Part shown: piece by piece, positions 19,280-28,846 of the stretch
How the letters are laid out: the number at the start of each line of letters is the position of its first letter
Position numbering within the stretch: the stretch's first letter is position 1
Assembly: GCA_029907135.1 (NCBI GenBank)
Contig: JARYMJ010000007.1
Span: forward strand, 1-61,676
Source of the DNA: Candidatus Saccharicenans sp.
Lineage (GTDB): Bacteria > Acidobacteriota > Aminicenantia > Aminicenantales > Saccharicenantaceae
Reading direction: 5' to 3'
Length of the DNA: 61,676 nucleotides
Translations under genes and position numbers: made by a program
The notes under the pieces: generated by a model
Seen by the model: only the letters and a program-made list of their open reading frames with translations
What the model was told of the DNA's origin: nothing
Databases searched by the model: none

Positions 19280-19735
19280 ATGACCAAAGAGTATCATTCC
19301 ACCATCGGCCACCATTACATCGTTGAGGCTTCGGGTTGCGACCCGAAAATTATCGGCAGCGTGGAAAAAGTCCAGCAGATTCTGGTCAAGGCCGCGGAAA
19401 TGGCCGGAGCTCAGGTCTGGTCGATTTCTTTCAGCCGGTTTCCGCCGAACGGTGTCAGTGGCGTGGTGGTGATTTCAGAATCGCACATTTCCACCCATAC
19501 CTGGCCCGAGATGAATTACGGGGCCCTGGATATCTATACCTGCGGCAATACCATCGACCCGGAGAAAGCCGTGATTTACGCCGTTGAGGCTTTCGGTGCT
19601 ACGACTTCCCATATAACGGAAATTACCCGTGGGATTGACGAGGGAGATGCCATTTTCTACCACAGCTTCGTAACCTGGGAAGAATACCTGAAGAAAGAAA
19701 AGAAAGAGAAAGAAGAGCCCAAGCCCCAGCCCTGA
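19280..19735 (+). CDS. speD: S-adenosylmethionine decarboxylase proenzyme (class 1B, pyruvoyl)
   Basis: FPPNGVSGVVVISESHISTHTWPE and DIYTCG; start at ATG 19280 after GGAGG. Confidence 0.88.
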   Translation: MTKEYHSTIGHHYIVEASGCDPKIIGSVEKVQQILVKAAEMAGAQVWSISFSRFPPNGVSGVVVISESHISTHTWPEMNYGALDIYTCGNTIDPEKAVIYAVEAFGATTSHITEITRGIDEGDAIFYHSFVTWEEYLKKEKKEKEEPKPQP

Positions 19736-19869
19736 TTGTAAAGATATTTGCCAGGACGTAATTAAAGTTACCGTCCGGAGGTCATAACTTAATTTCACTT
19801 CCCCCTGTTATCGGGATCGGTTTATAGATTAGAGTCGGTTTCAAGCCGGCGGCCGCCATTGCCCGCTTC

Positions 19870-19886
19870 CTGGCATAAAACCTGCT
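19870..19886 (+). promoter_or_regulatory. Candidate sigma54 (-24/-12) promoter
   Basis: CTGGCATAAAACCTGCT has GG-N10-GC spacing; upstream of the M1 peptidase and near an NtrC-family activator. Confidence 0.5.
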
Positions 19887-19945
19887 GTTTATAGGGTGAG
19901 TTATGACCTGGCTGTTGGTTCGTATATAATAGAGCTGGCACCAGG

Positions 19946-22573
19946 TTGCCGGGAGGTAATTTTGGGGTAGCAAAACGGCTGTTTCTTAGCTTTCTCCTGT
20001 GGCCGGCGCTCTGGTTAGGCCTGAGTCTGCCGGGGTGGTCGCAGGGCTCAACCCCCGAGCACCTGTTACCCCTAACCAGGTCCCTGGAGAGCCGGAACCT
20101 GGAGGATTACCTTAGCCTGTGCCGGCCTGAAATCAGGGAAGAAGAGAGAAAGGCCCTGAATTCATATTTTGAGCAGCCCGGCCTGGAAAAACTGAGCCTG
20201 TTCTATTCAGGGGAGAGCCGCGACCAGGATGGCCTGAGCCGGGCCTTTTTCCAGGTTTTATTCCAGAAAGAATATTCAGCCTCTATTGAGATCTGGCAGG
20301 TCCTATACCGCCAGCGGCCAGAAGGGCTGGAAGTGTACCGGCGCAGCGTAAGCAGCAGTCTGAAGGACCTCTACCAGCTGCGTTTTCCCGGTGAGCGCAG
20401 CATTTACGCTCGCAACATTCGCCTGGCCCAGAAAGACATAGTCATCACCTTTGCCGAAGGTCAGATTTTTTTCGATAACCTGCCCGACCTGGACACGGCC
20501 CTTATCATCATCGGGCGGGGGCAAGTTCGCTTCCAGCCGTCGGATGAGATTGAAAGAAACCAGCTGACCAGGATTTTCCGCAAGCCGGCCCTGGAAGAAG
20601 CCCTGGAGTATGTTTATGTCCGGGGCAGTGATAATTACTTTCAAAACAATCTGCTCTATGAACCGGTCCAGCCGCCAAACACGGCCGAGCCTCCCGAGGT
20701 CAACGCCAACCGGGCCTACTCCATATTCTCCAGGAATTATTCCCGGTCTTTCACCCTGGAAAATTCCCTGACCGGAGAGCTTTTGACCTTTCTGCCCCAG
20801 GCCGAGGAAACGGTCATGGAGTTAAAAACGGCCCGGCGGGGTGAGTTCACTTACGTCTATTCCCCCTTTGCCGAGGAAGAAATCTCCTTCCTGGACCGGT
20901 CTCGGGGCCGGCTGCTCAACAGCTATTCGCCCCAGGAAGAGGGCCAGAAGAGGATGTTCCTGAGATTCGGGGAAAAGCACGAAGTCAGGCATTATGAGAT
21001 AGAGGCCAGCTACCGTCCGGAAAACGGCCAGTTGGCTGCGGCGGCTACCATCCAACTGGTTTCAGTCACCGATAATCTGGACAGTTGCCAGTTGCGCCTG
21101 AATCCCGACTTGCAGATCTTGAAGATAGAAGACGACAAGGGCCGGGAACTGTTTTACAGCCGGGATCGCCTCCGCCGTTACCTTTATATTTACCTCTCCG
21201 AAAAATTGCCCCGAGGCCAGTCTACCCGGCTGCGGGTATTTTACCGGGGCAAGCTGTTGCCGCCACCGCCACTGACCGATACCGGTCCCCAGCTGCGTTC
21301 GGAAGAACCGACCATCCTGTTTACCATCAGCAACAGCTATCTCTTCACCCAGTCCTCAGAGTGGTACCCGGCCCCGGTGCGGGAGAAGTATTTCACCTTC
21401 CGCTTGCGGATAATAGTTCCCGATGGCTTTTATTGCCTGGCCGGTGGTCGGCTGGTGGAAAAGTATTCGGTCAAGGAGGCCGGCAACCTGACCGAACTTG
21501 AAAACCTGGGTAACACCATTTTCATCTATGAGAGCCAGGTGCCGGTCAAGTACATCAGCTTCTTCATCGCCCGGCTGGTTCAGGTAAAAAAGATTACCAA
21601 CGGCCTGACCATTGAGCATTTCACCACCCAGGACTGGCGGCACCAGGCCAGGCAGGTCATCAATGAGGCGGCCGCCATAGTTGATAGTTATCAGAAGCTT
21701 TTCGGTCCTTTCCCCTATGAACGCCTGGCCATTGCCCAGAGGTATTGGCATACTCACGGCGGGCATGCTCCACCGGGAATGGTGGTGCTGGATACGTTGC
21801 CTTTCTCCCGGAGCCCGGAGCTTATTATCATCAATCCTTCCAGCCCGGTTGACCTTTCTTACTGGTCGGAATATTATCTGGCCCATGAAATTGCCCACCA
21901 GTGGTGGGGCCAGGCTCTGACCTGGACTTCTTACCGGGACAACTGGTTGACCGAAGGCCTGGCCCAGTTTTCCGCCATCCTTTACCTGAAAGAAAAATAC
22001 GGGCAGAAGGATTTCGAAAAAATCCTGCAGAAAATCTCCAGCTCGGTCCGAAAAAAATCGAGCCTGGGCCCGATCATTCTGGGAATTCGTCTGAGCCATG
22101 CCGATTTTGAAGGCTATCAAGCCATTGTCTATAACAAGGCGGCCCTGGTGCTGTTAATGCTTCAGGACTGGTTGGGCGAGGAAGTTTTTTACCGGGGCCT
22201 GCAGGAATTTGGCCGGGAATTTCGTTTCCAACCTGTCCGCACGGCCGATTTCCGCCTGGCCCTGGAGAAGGTTTCGGGCCGGGACCTGCAACCATTTTTC
22301 CGCGACTGGTTCTACTCGGAAAGGCTACCCGAGGTCCGGGTGGAACAGAAAGTCCTGCCCGGAGAGAACCTTTCCCGGTTGCAGCTCACGGTCCGGCAGC
22401 TGGCCCGGCCGATGATTTTTCCCCTCCGGGTGGTGCTGGAGACCGACCGGGGCCGGAGCGAGCACGTGCTGTTAGTGGATTCGGCGGTTAAGACCTTCGA
22501 GCTGGGGTTCTCCGGCCGGCTTAAGAAAGTCAGGCTCAACCCGGGGAACCGGATTCCGGGCAAATTCAGTTAA
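19946..22573 (+). CDS. Exported M1-family (gluzincin) aminopeptidase
   Basis: Signal peptide, LAHEIAHQWWG, NWLTEGLA, YNKAALVL. Start codon uncertain. Confidence 0.88.
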   Translation: MPGGNFGVAKRLFLSFLLWPALWLGLSLPGWSQGSTPEHLLPLTRSLESRNLEDYLSLCRPEIREEERKALNSYFEQPGLEKLSLFYSGESRDQDGLSRAFFQVLFQKEYSASIEIWQVLYRQRPEGLEVYRRSVSSSLKDLYQLRFPGERSIYARNIRLAQKDIVITFAEGQIFFDNLPDLDTALIIIGRGQVRFQPSDEIERNQLTRIFRKPALEEALEYVYVRGSDNYFQNNLLYEPVQPPNTAEPPEVNANRAYSIFSRNYSRSFTLENSLTGELLTFLPQAEETVMELKTARRGEFTYVYSPFAEEEISFLDRSRGRLLNSYSPQEEGQKRMFLRFGEKHEVRHYEIEASYRPENGQLAAAATIQLVSVTDNLDSCQLRLNPDLQILKIEDDKGRELFYSRDRLRRYLYIYLSEKLPRGQSTRLRVFYRGKLLPPPPLTDTGPQLRSEEPTILFTISNSYLFTQSSEWYPAPVREKYFTFRLRIIVPDGFYCLAGGRLVEKYSVKEAGNLTELENLGNTIFIYESQVPVKYISFFIARLVQVKKITNGLTIEHFTTQDWRHQARQVINEAAAIVDSYQKLFGPFPYERLAIAQRYWHTHGGHAPPGMVVLDTLPFSRSPELIIINPSSPVDLSYWSEYYLAHEIAHQWWGQALTWTSYRDNWLTEGLAQFSAILYLKEKYGQKDFEKILQKISSSVRKKSSLGPIILGIRLSHADFEGYQAIVYNKAALVLLMLQDWLGEEVFYRGLQEFGREFRFQPVRTADFRLALEKVSGRDLQPFFRDWFYSERLPEVRVEQKVLPGENLSRLQLTVRQLARPMIFPLRVVLETDRGRSEHVLLVDSAVKTFELGFSGRLKKVRLNPGNRIPGKFS

Positions 22574-22592
22574 CGTCTATCGGGCCGGCTCC

Positions 22593-23972
22593 TTAAACCA
22601 GGCGGGCATTGATTTTGAGCCGCTTGATCATCTCGTTAAAGGTGGTGGGTTTCAGCCCGAGTAGTTGAGCGGCTTTCTTCTGCACTCCGCCCGACTTTTC
22701 CAGGGCGGTCAGGATCAGCTTTTTCTGGAACTCGGCCGTTTTTTCCTTGAGGTCCAGGCTGCCGTCATTAAGCTCTTCGTAGATGATCTTTTTTCCGGAC
22801 AGCAGGAAGGGGGGCAGAGAGTCGCGGGTGATGATGCGCGACTTGCAGAGGACCACGGCCCGTTCCAGGACATTTTCCAGTTCCCGGACGTTCCCCGGCC
22901 AATCGTAATCCATCAGGATTTCCAGGACATCCTCGCTGACCCCTTCAACCTGCTTGTTATTCTCAGTGTTATAGACTTCGATAAAATGCTTGACCAAGAG
23001 GGGAATATCCTCTTTCCTGGCTCTGAGCGGTGGCAACTCAATCTTAATAACATTCAGGCGGTAGAACAGGTCCTTGCGGAAAGCCTTCTGTTCTATCAGC
23101 TCTTCCAGGTCGGTATTGGTGGCGGCGATGATCCGGACATCGACCTTGATGGTCCTGGTCCCGCCCAGGCGCATGAATTCCTTATCCTGCATCACCCGCA
23201 GCAACTTGACCTGGGTTTCCAGGCTGATGGAGGAAATCTCGTCGAAGAAAATGCTGCCTTTATCGGCGGCTTCGAACAGGCCCTTCTTGTCGGACACGGC
23301 CCCGGTAAAAGCCCCTTTGACGTGACCGAAAAGATGGCTTTCCAGCAGGTCGGGCGGCAACGACCCGCTGTTGACCACCACGAAGGGATGACGGGCCCGG
23401 TCCGAGTTGAGATGGATGGCTCTGGCTATCAGCTCCTTCCCGGTTCCGCTTTCACCCTGAATCAGAATGGTGGACCTGGTAGGAGCGGCGGCTTTGACCA
23501 GCTCGAAGACGTTCATCATGGCCTGGCTCTTGCCGATGATATTGTTGAAGGAGAACTTTTTCTTCAGCTCGGAACGCAACCTGATGTTTTCTTCCTGCAG
23601 CCGGCGGTGTTCCAGAGCCCGGCGGATGGTCATCAACAATTCATCGTTCTTGAAAGGCTTCTGGATATAATCGTAAGCTCCCATCTTGATAGCGGCCAGG
23701 GCCGATTCCACCGAGGCATAAGCGGTGATGATGATCACCATGGCTTCCGGGTCAAACCTCTTGATCTGTTTCAGGACTTCCAGCCCATCCATCCCGGGCA
23801 TCAGCAGGTCCAGCAGGACCAGGTCAAATTTCTGTTCCTCGAATTTCGGCAGGGCTTCTTCGCCGGAAGCGGAAATCTCCACCGTGTATCCTTCAGCTTC
23901 CAGAATCTGGCCCAGGACATCGTGGATGATGGGCTCGTCATCAATCAGGTGAATCAAAGCATTACTGTTCAT
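22593..23972 (-). CDS. sigma54-dependent response regulator (NtrC/AtoC family)
   Basis: REC domain (LDLLMP), GESGTGKE, GAFTGA, WPGNVRELEN and a C-terminal Fis HTH. Confidence 0.96.
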   Translation of the reverse strand: MNSNALIHLIDDEPIIHDVLGQILEAEGYTVEISASGEEALPKFEEQKFDLVLLDLLMPGMDGLEVLKQIKRFDPEAMVIIITAYASVESALAAIKMGAYDYIQKPFKNDELLMTIRRALEHRRLQEENIRLRSELKKKFSFNNIIGKSQAMMNVFELVKAAAPTRSTILIQGESGTGKELIARAIHLNSDRARHPFVVVNSGSLPPDLLESHLFGHVKGAFTGAVSDKKGLFEAADKGSIFFDEISSISLETQVKLLRVMQDKEFMRLGGTRTIKVDVRIIAATNTDLEELIEQKAFRKDLFYRLNVIKIELPPLRARKEDIPLLVKHFIEVYNTENNKQVEGVSEDVLEILMDYDWPGNVRELENVLERAVVLCKSRIITRDSLPPFLLSGKKIIYEELNDGSLDLKEKTAEFQKKLILTALEKSGGVQKKAAQLLGLKPTTFNEMIKRLKINARLV

Positions 23973-26808
23973 GTTGGTGTCCTCGAGGTTGTATTTTCAG
24001 GCGATTTTTTTCTGAAAGACTGGTGGGCAGGAGAATGGTAAAGGTAGTGCCCTGGCCCACGGTGCTATCAACCAGTATCTGGCCCTCGTGTTCCTTGACT
24101 ATGGCAAAGCTGATGGACAGGCCCAGCCCGGTTCCCTTGCCCAGCCCCTTGGTGGTGAAGAAGGGGTCAAATATCCTCGGCAGGTGTTCCGGTTTGATAC
24201 CCGTTCCGTTATCGGTTATTTTGACCAGGGCCAGGTCGCCTCTCTGGTTACTTTCGATGATCAGCCGGCCGCCGCCGGGCATGGCATCCATGGCGTTCAG
24301 AATGATGTTTATGAAGACCTGCTGCAGCCTTTCTCGCTGGGCGTAAATCACCACCGGCTTCAAGGCCAGCTCCAGCTGAATGTTCAGGCTTTTCAGGCGG
24401 TAATCGATAAGCAAGATGATTTCTTCCAGGCTTTCCTTGAGGTCCACCCGGTGGTAGTATTCATCGGCCGGGTTGCGAGCAAAATTCAGCAGGTTCTTGA
24501 TGATGCGGTTAACCCTTTCCGTCTGGGCCTCTATTTTCTGCAGTATCTGAAGGTAATGGGCATCGGTCAGTTTCTTCTGAAGCATCTGCACGTAGCTGGA
24601 AATACCGGTCAGTGGGGTGTTGATCTCATGGGCCACGCCGGCCGACAGCAGGCCGATGGAGGCCAGCTTTTCCGAAGTTAGCAACTGTTGCTGCAGGTGG
24701 ATTTTTTCGGTAACGTCCTCAAAAACGATAATGGTGCCATAGGCCTGCATCTGGTTATCGAAGAGAGGAGTCCGAGCCACATCGAATATCTTCTTTTCGC
24801 CCCGGCCGGTGGTCAGGCCAATTTCACTCAACAATTGGTACTCACTCTGGGTGGCCGGCGGGAAAAGGGCCTGGAAATTTTCCGGGCCGATGACTTCGGC
24901 CAGGTGCCGGTTGAGAGCTTGTTCCCTTCCGAGTCCGAACTGCTTTTCCAGAACCCGGTTCCAGCCGATGACCTGTCCGGCCTGGTCGATGACCGCCACC
25001 CCCACAGTCAGGCTTTCGATGATGTTATCGCTGTAGTCCTTCAGGCGCTGCAGTTCCTGCGACCTGATTATTTCCTGGTTGTAGAGATAGGCATTTTCCA
25101 GAGCCAGGGCCACCGGGGTGGATATGGTCCGCAGCAGTTCCCGGTCCTCGCCGGAAAAATAGGACTCATCCTGTTTATGGCTCATGGCCAGGAAACCCAT
25201 GACCTTATTTTCCAGCCGCAGCGGAAGTAGGTTGACCAGGCCCCGGTGGAGAAGCAGCCCGAAAAATTTCTGGCTGGAGGGTCTTTCCTCCGGCTGGACG
25301 AAGGAGATGAATTCAGCCTTCTGCAATTGATCGATTTCGGCCTGGGACAATAGCAGTGAATGGAGTTCCGGGTCGGGCTGGGAAGACTTGAGCAGGTAAA
25401 ATTCATTGTTCGTTCCCTCCCTGGCCAGGAACAGGGCCGTCTGCTTGAGAGACAGGGCCTTGGAAATGGTTTCCACCAGGAAGTCGCTCAGACGGTTAAG
25501 GTTTCTTTCCCGGTTGAGCAGACTGGATATCGTCAGCAGTGTCCGGCGGTATTCGTAGCTCCGCCGATAGATCACCCGGTCCACCACTGTCTGTACCAGC
25601 TCCGACAGCGGCGTGAACAGGGTGGCTCCCAGAATGATGGCCAGCAGGCCGAGCAGGATGAAATTTAGCCTGTTTTCTGAAAACAGCTGAGTCTGGGAGC
25701 TGACCAGAAAATAGACCATGGCCAGCAGGGAGAAGGAAATGATCAGGGTGGTGCCCTTTTTGAACAGGACCTCAAACTGGATTAAGCGGTAGCGGGAAAT
25801 GGAGTAGGCCAGGGTGATGGGAATCAATCCCTGGAGCAGGACACTCAGCTGGCCGGGGGTGGTGGGCAGTCTGTCCCTCAGGAATGGCAGAACATAAAAC
25901 AGGGAAAAGGGCAGTGACCCCAGCCCCAGGCCGACCGCAATCCACCGGAGCTGGTTCTTGATATAAGGATAAGCCGCCCGGACCAGGTCGCGGATGATCA
26001 AGACCAGGGCCAGGGTGGTATAGATAGCCAGGTGAGCCAGTTCCAGTTTTTCCAGGGTTTTCTGGAAAACCAGGACCTGGGCTTCGCTTAACGCGGATTC
26101 CAGGTAAGCATTTAGGAAAACGTTGGCCAGCAGAAGCGCCAGTCCCGGGAGGTAGAACCAAGCCACCCGGTTCTTATTCTCAATTATTTTTTTCTTCTGG
26201 GGGAAAATAAAAAAGAAATTCAGAAGCAGGGGGGGAAAGGCCAGCAGGGCCACTTTATCCAACCAGTAGAAAAGGTTGTCCAGGAAATCCATCTGTCCGG
26301 TGGCAGAGAACACATAGAATGAATAAAGGGAAAAAGAAACAAGGTAGAAAAAAGCATAAGGCCCGGTGAACTGCCTCCTGGTGTTGAAGAACACCAGCAG
26401 GCTGATGGCCAGGGTGGCCAGGCCCAGGAGCATCAGGTAAATGTAGGTGGCGCTGACGCCCTTTTTGGTCAGGTAGAAGGAAGGGGAGAGGATGGTGCCA
26501 CTCCGACCCACCTGGTAAAGAGCTTTCTGTTCCAGGCGGTCAATGAGCCAGAGCATTTTGCTGTATTCAATCCTGTTCTTGACCGGGGTATCATTGATTG
26601 AAAACAGGATATCTCCCGGTTTGAGACCTGAAAGGTAAGCTGGACTATCCTGGTCCACCTTGACTGCCGTCAGGCCAGCCGGTCCCTCTATCCAGGTAAC
26701 ACCGTCATAAGGTTCTTTCCAGGATAGTTTCCGCGAGATATTGATAAAGCCCAGCACTATCAGGACTAGCACCAGCAGCAGGAACAGATAGAAAAAGCTC
26801 TTTCTCAT
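23962..26808 (-). CDS. Sensor histidine kinase (extracytoplasmic PDZ, multi-TM, GAF, PAS, HisKA/HATPase)
   Basis: SPAYLSGLKPGDILFSIND (PDZ), several TM helices, ALALENAYLY (GAF end), AHEINTPL, DPFFTTK, GTGLGL. Confidence 0.92.
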   Translation of the reverse strand: MRKSFFYLFLLLVLVLIVLGFINISRKLSWKEPYDGVTWIEGPAGLTAVKVDQDSPAYLSGLKPGDILFSINDTPVKNRIEYSKMLWLIDRLEQKALYQVGRSGTILSPSFYLTKKGVSATYIYLMLLGLATLAISLLVFFNTRRQFTGPYAFFYLVSFSLYSFYVFSATGQMDFLDNLFYWLDKVALLAFPPLLLNFFFIFPQKKKIIENKNRVAWFYLPGLALLLANVFLNAYLESALSEAQVLVFQKTLEKLELAHLAIYTTLALVLIIRDLVRAAYPYIKNQLRWIAVGLGLGSLPFSLFYVLPFLRDRLPTTPGQLSVLLQGLIPITLAYSISRYRLIQFEVLFKKGTTLIISFSLLAMVYFLVSSQTQLFSENRLNFILLGLLAIILGATLFTPLSELVQTVVDRVIYRRSYEYRRTLLTISSLLNRERNLNRLSDFLVETISKALSLKQTALFLAREGTNNEFYLLKSSQPDPELHSLLLSQAEIDQLQKAEFISFVQPEERPSSQKFFGLLLHRGLVNLLPLRLENKVMGFLAMSHKQDESYFSGEDRELLRTISTPVALALENAYLYNQEIIRSQELQRLKDYSDNIIESLTVGVAVIDQAGQVIGWNRVLEKQFGLGREQALNRHLAEVIGPENFQALFPPATQSEYQLLSEIGLTTGRGEKKIFDVARTPLFDNQMQAYGTIIVFEDVTEKIHLQQQLLTSEKLASIGLLSAGVAHEINTPLTGISSYVQMLQKKLTDAHYLQILQKIEAQTERVNRIIKNLLNFARNPADEYYHRVDLKESLEEIILLIDYRLKSLNIQLELALKPVVIYAQRERLQQVFINIILNAMDAMPGGGRLIIESNQRGDLALVKITDNGTGIKPEHLPRIFDPFFTTKGLGKGTGLGLSISFAIVKEHEGQILVDSTVGQGTTFTILLPTSLSEKNRLKIQPRGHQHEQ

Positions 26809-26867
26809 GGTGACTCTTCAATAAAATATACTAAATCCAAATTTTTGAATCAACCAGTTAAAAAAAA

Positions 26868-27167
26868 TCAGTTCAGAATATGGCGGATTCCGGCTCTGAG
26901 GGCCCAGGAGGTTTTTGATTGCCTGAGCAGACGCCGCAATTCTTCATCCTCCTTAAGGCCAAGGGGACTGGTCGTTCTCGAAAGAAAAGTGCTCATGTAG
27001 TCAAGCTTGGGTTTTTGAACTTCCTGTGGGGGTGCCTGTTCTGGGGGGGTCTGGACACTCCTCTGTTGCTGCCGGCTTTCCTGGGGATTGACAGCTTGGC
27101 CTGGTACCGGATGGCTCACAGCCATAAAAACCAGAAGCAACAGAGCAGCCGTTAGAGCTTTCCTCAT
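26868..27167 (-). CDS. Small secreted hypothetical protein
   Basis: Signal peptide MRKALTAALLLLVFMAVS, Q/P-rich linker; TTGACA-N17-TATTAA just upstream. Confidence 0.65.
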   Translation of the reverse strand: MRKALTAALLLLVFMAVSHPVPGQAVNPQESRQQQRSVQTPPEQAPPQEVQKPKLDYMSTFLSRTTSPLGLKEDEELRRLLRQSKTSWALRAGIRHILN

Positions 27168-27409
27168 TTCCCTAAATTAATAAGACTTTAACTGTTATCT
27201 GTCAACTCGTTTCTGGAATTGGACAGGCTGGCCCGAGGGCCAGGCTTTCCTGGGAAACTGTGCCTGAGTTCGTTCTCCTCCAACCAGGCTCACCGCGGTC
27301 TGGCCGGCAGGCAGCTAAGCCCTTGAATCTTTCAGGCAGAAACTCCCGCCCCCGAAGGCAGCTCGGCTCTTTGTGCCTAAACCTTGTCTTCCATAGAGAC
27401 TAACAGAGA

Positions 27410-27634
27410 TTAATTGATGAAACTTTTAACAATTCTGGAGAGTATGGATTTCCTGTCGGCCGGCAGCTGTTCCTGACAAAGCAAGAAAGGCATGAGTTCC
27501 GCAGGAAGTTGCCGAGAGGGAAAGACCTCCGGCCAGAACAGCCCCCGGGCCGGAAGGCCCGAGGGCTGGCGGGCTGGCCGGCGCCCCGCGGATTTACTCT
27601 TTTTATTTCCGCAGGCCATCACCCCCACCTTCAA
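27410..27634 (-). CDS. Small hypothetical protein
   Basis: Overlaps the stop of the upstream gene (translational coupling); alternative ATG at MACGNKK; no recognisable motif. Confidence 0.4.
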   Translation of the reverse strand: MKVGVMACGNKKSKSAGRRPARQPSGLPARGLFWPEVFPSRQLPAELMPFLLCQEQLPADRKSILSRIVKSFIN

Positions 27635-28683
27635 TCTTCTTCAAACAGGTAGCCTCTCCTGATCCGCAGTTGGGGGAAGTTTTCATCAGGGCCGTTCTTT
27701 TTTTGGCTCCGGCTTCCATTTTCCATAGCAAAAAAGGCCAGGTGGAGTATTGAACCGTCAACTTCCAGGGCCGCACCCACCACCTCATCCCCGAGATAGC
27801 GACAGGAGTATCCCATTCCTATCGATGGATATCTTTTTTCCTGACAGCTGGCGGCTGCCTCCACAAAAGCCAGAGCCCTGTCCAGAGCTGGCTCGACCCT
27901 GGTCCTGTCCTTTTTCTGGCCTTTCTTCTCCGCCTTCATCATTTTGTCATATTTCAGGCTGACCGCTTCCAGGACGTAGCTTTTGAGGAGCTTCTGGAAA
28001 AGGTGTCTCAGAGCTGACTCCCTGGAAATAAATTCCAGGCCGACTGGCTTCCCCCCGATAAATACCAGCAGGCCTTTCTGTCCCTCGACCAGGCTGAAGG
28101 CCTGAAGATATTCTTCCAGGTCTCGAGCCCGGCCTTCATAAATATCGCTCATGGCTCCAGTCGGAGATTCAACCTCGAGCTTGTAGGCCAGCAAGTTTAT
28201 GTCATTCCAGATTTCATCCTGGTCGGCTTTGAAGGAGCGATTTTCTTCTAAGTTGCGATGGACCTGTTCCATCTTCTTTTGACGCATCTTGTAGGCCAGG
28301 ACGTGGTCAGACCTTTCCATGCGCAGGGTTGGACCGTGCCAGCGCTGAGCTTCAACGCAGCTTACCGGGATGACCACTGACGTCCCCGGAGCGACCAGGA
28401 TTGTGGTGTTGAGCACCCGGTTCTGCTTGGCTCCTCTCAATTCCTCTCCGTCAAGCAGCAGAATCGGTTTCTTCCCCTGGTTGGTGGCTTTAAGCTCGGG
28501 CACCGAACCGCCGCGGCCGACCTCGCTTACCACAAGTGTTCCCTGCTCCAGGGCTTCTGACAGGGTGATATAATCTGGCCCCGGGTCAAGTTTTGAGCCG
28601 ATGGGGAAAAGAACCATTTCCTCGTGAACCTGGGGTTCACCAAATTCCATTCCCCGAAGATAAAGATTGACCGTCCTTTCCAT
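27631..28683 (-). CDS. ARPP-1 / DUF6569 domain protein
   Basis: YITLSEAL, GSVPEL, LLLDGEELRGAKQNRVLNTTIL, IPVSCVE..RW, Q..IW..I pattern; AAGGAG SD. Confidence 0.8.
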   Translation of the reverse strand: MERTVNLYLRGMEFGEPQVHEEMVLFPIGSKLDPGPDYITLSEALEQGTLVVSEVGRGGSVPELKATNQGKKPILLLDGEELRGAKQNRVLNTTILVAPGTSVVIPVSCVEAQRWHGPTLRMERSDHVLAYKMRQKKMEQVHRNLEENRSFKADQDEIWNDINLLAYKLEVESPTGAMSDIYEGRARDLEEYLQAFSLVEGQKGLLVFIGGKPVGLEFISRESALRHLFQKLLKSYVLEAVSLKYDKMMKAEKKGQKKDRTRVEPALDRALAFVEAAASCQEKRYPSIGMGYSCRYLGDEVVGAALEVDGSILHLAFFAMENGSRSQKKNGPDENFPQLRIRRGYLFEED

Positions 28684-28846
28684 GCTGGTTTCTCCTTGAA
28701 AGTGTAAGTTTTAAGATTTCCAGACGTCCGGGGACTTGGGCCCTACGGCGGAATCTTAACCTGATGGATTGAAGTTCCCATCATCAACCCTCCGTTTTTA
28801 AATTGCTTCTTCTCACCTTTATCAGCCAGGGACCGTAGGCCCCGGC

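Noticed and set aside
19935-19950. Second sigma54-like motif TGGCACCAGGTTGC
   Set aside because: GG-to-GC spacing is 9 nt, not the required 10.
22665-24041. 458-aa plus-strand ORF, and similar long antisense ORFs such as 31761-32924, 35884-36891 and 48529-49512
   Set aside because: Shadow frames opposite well-supported GC-rich genes; no motifs.
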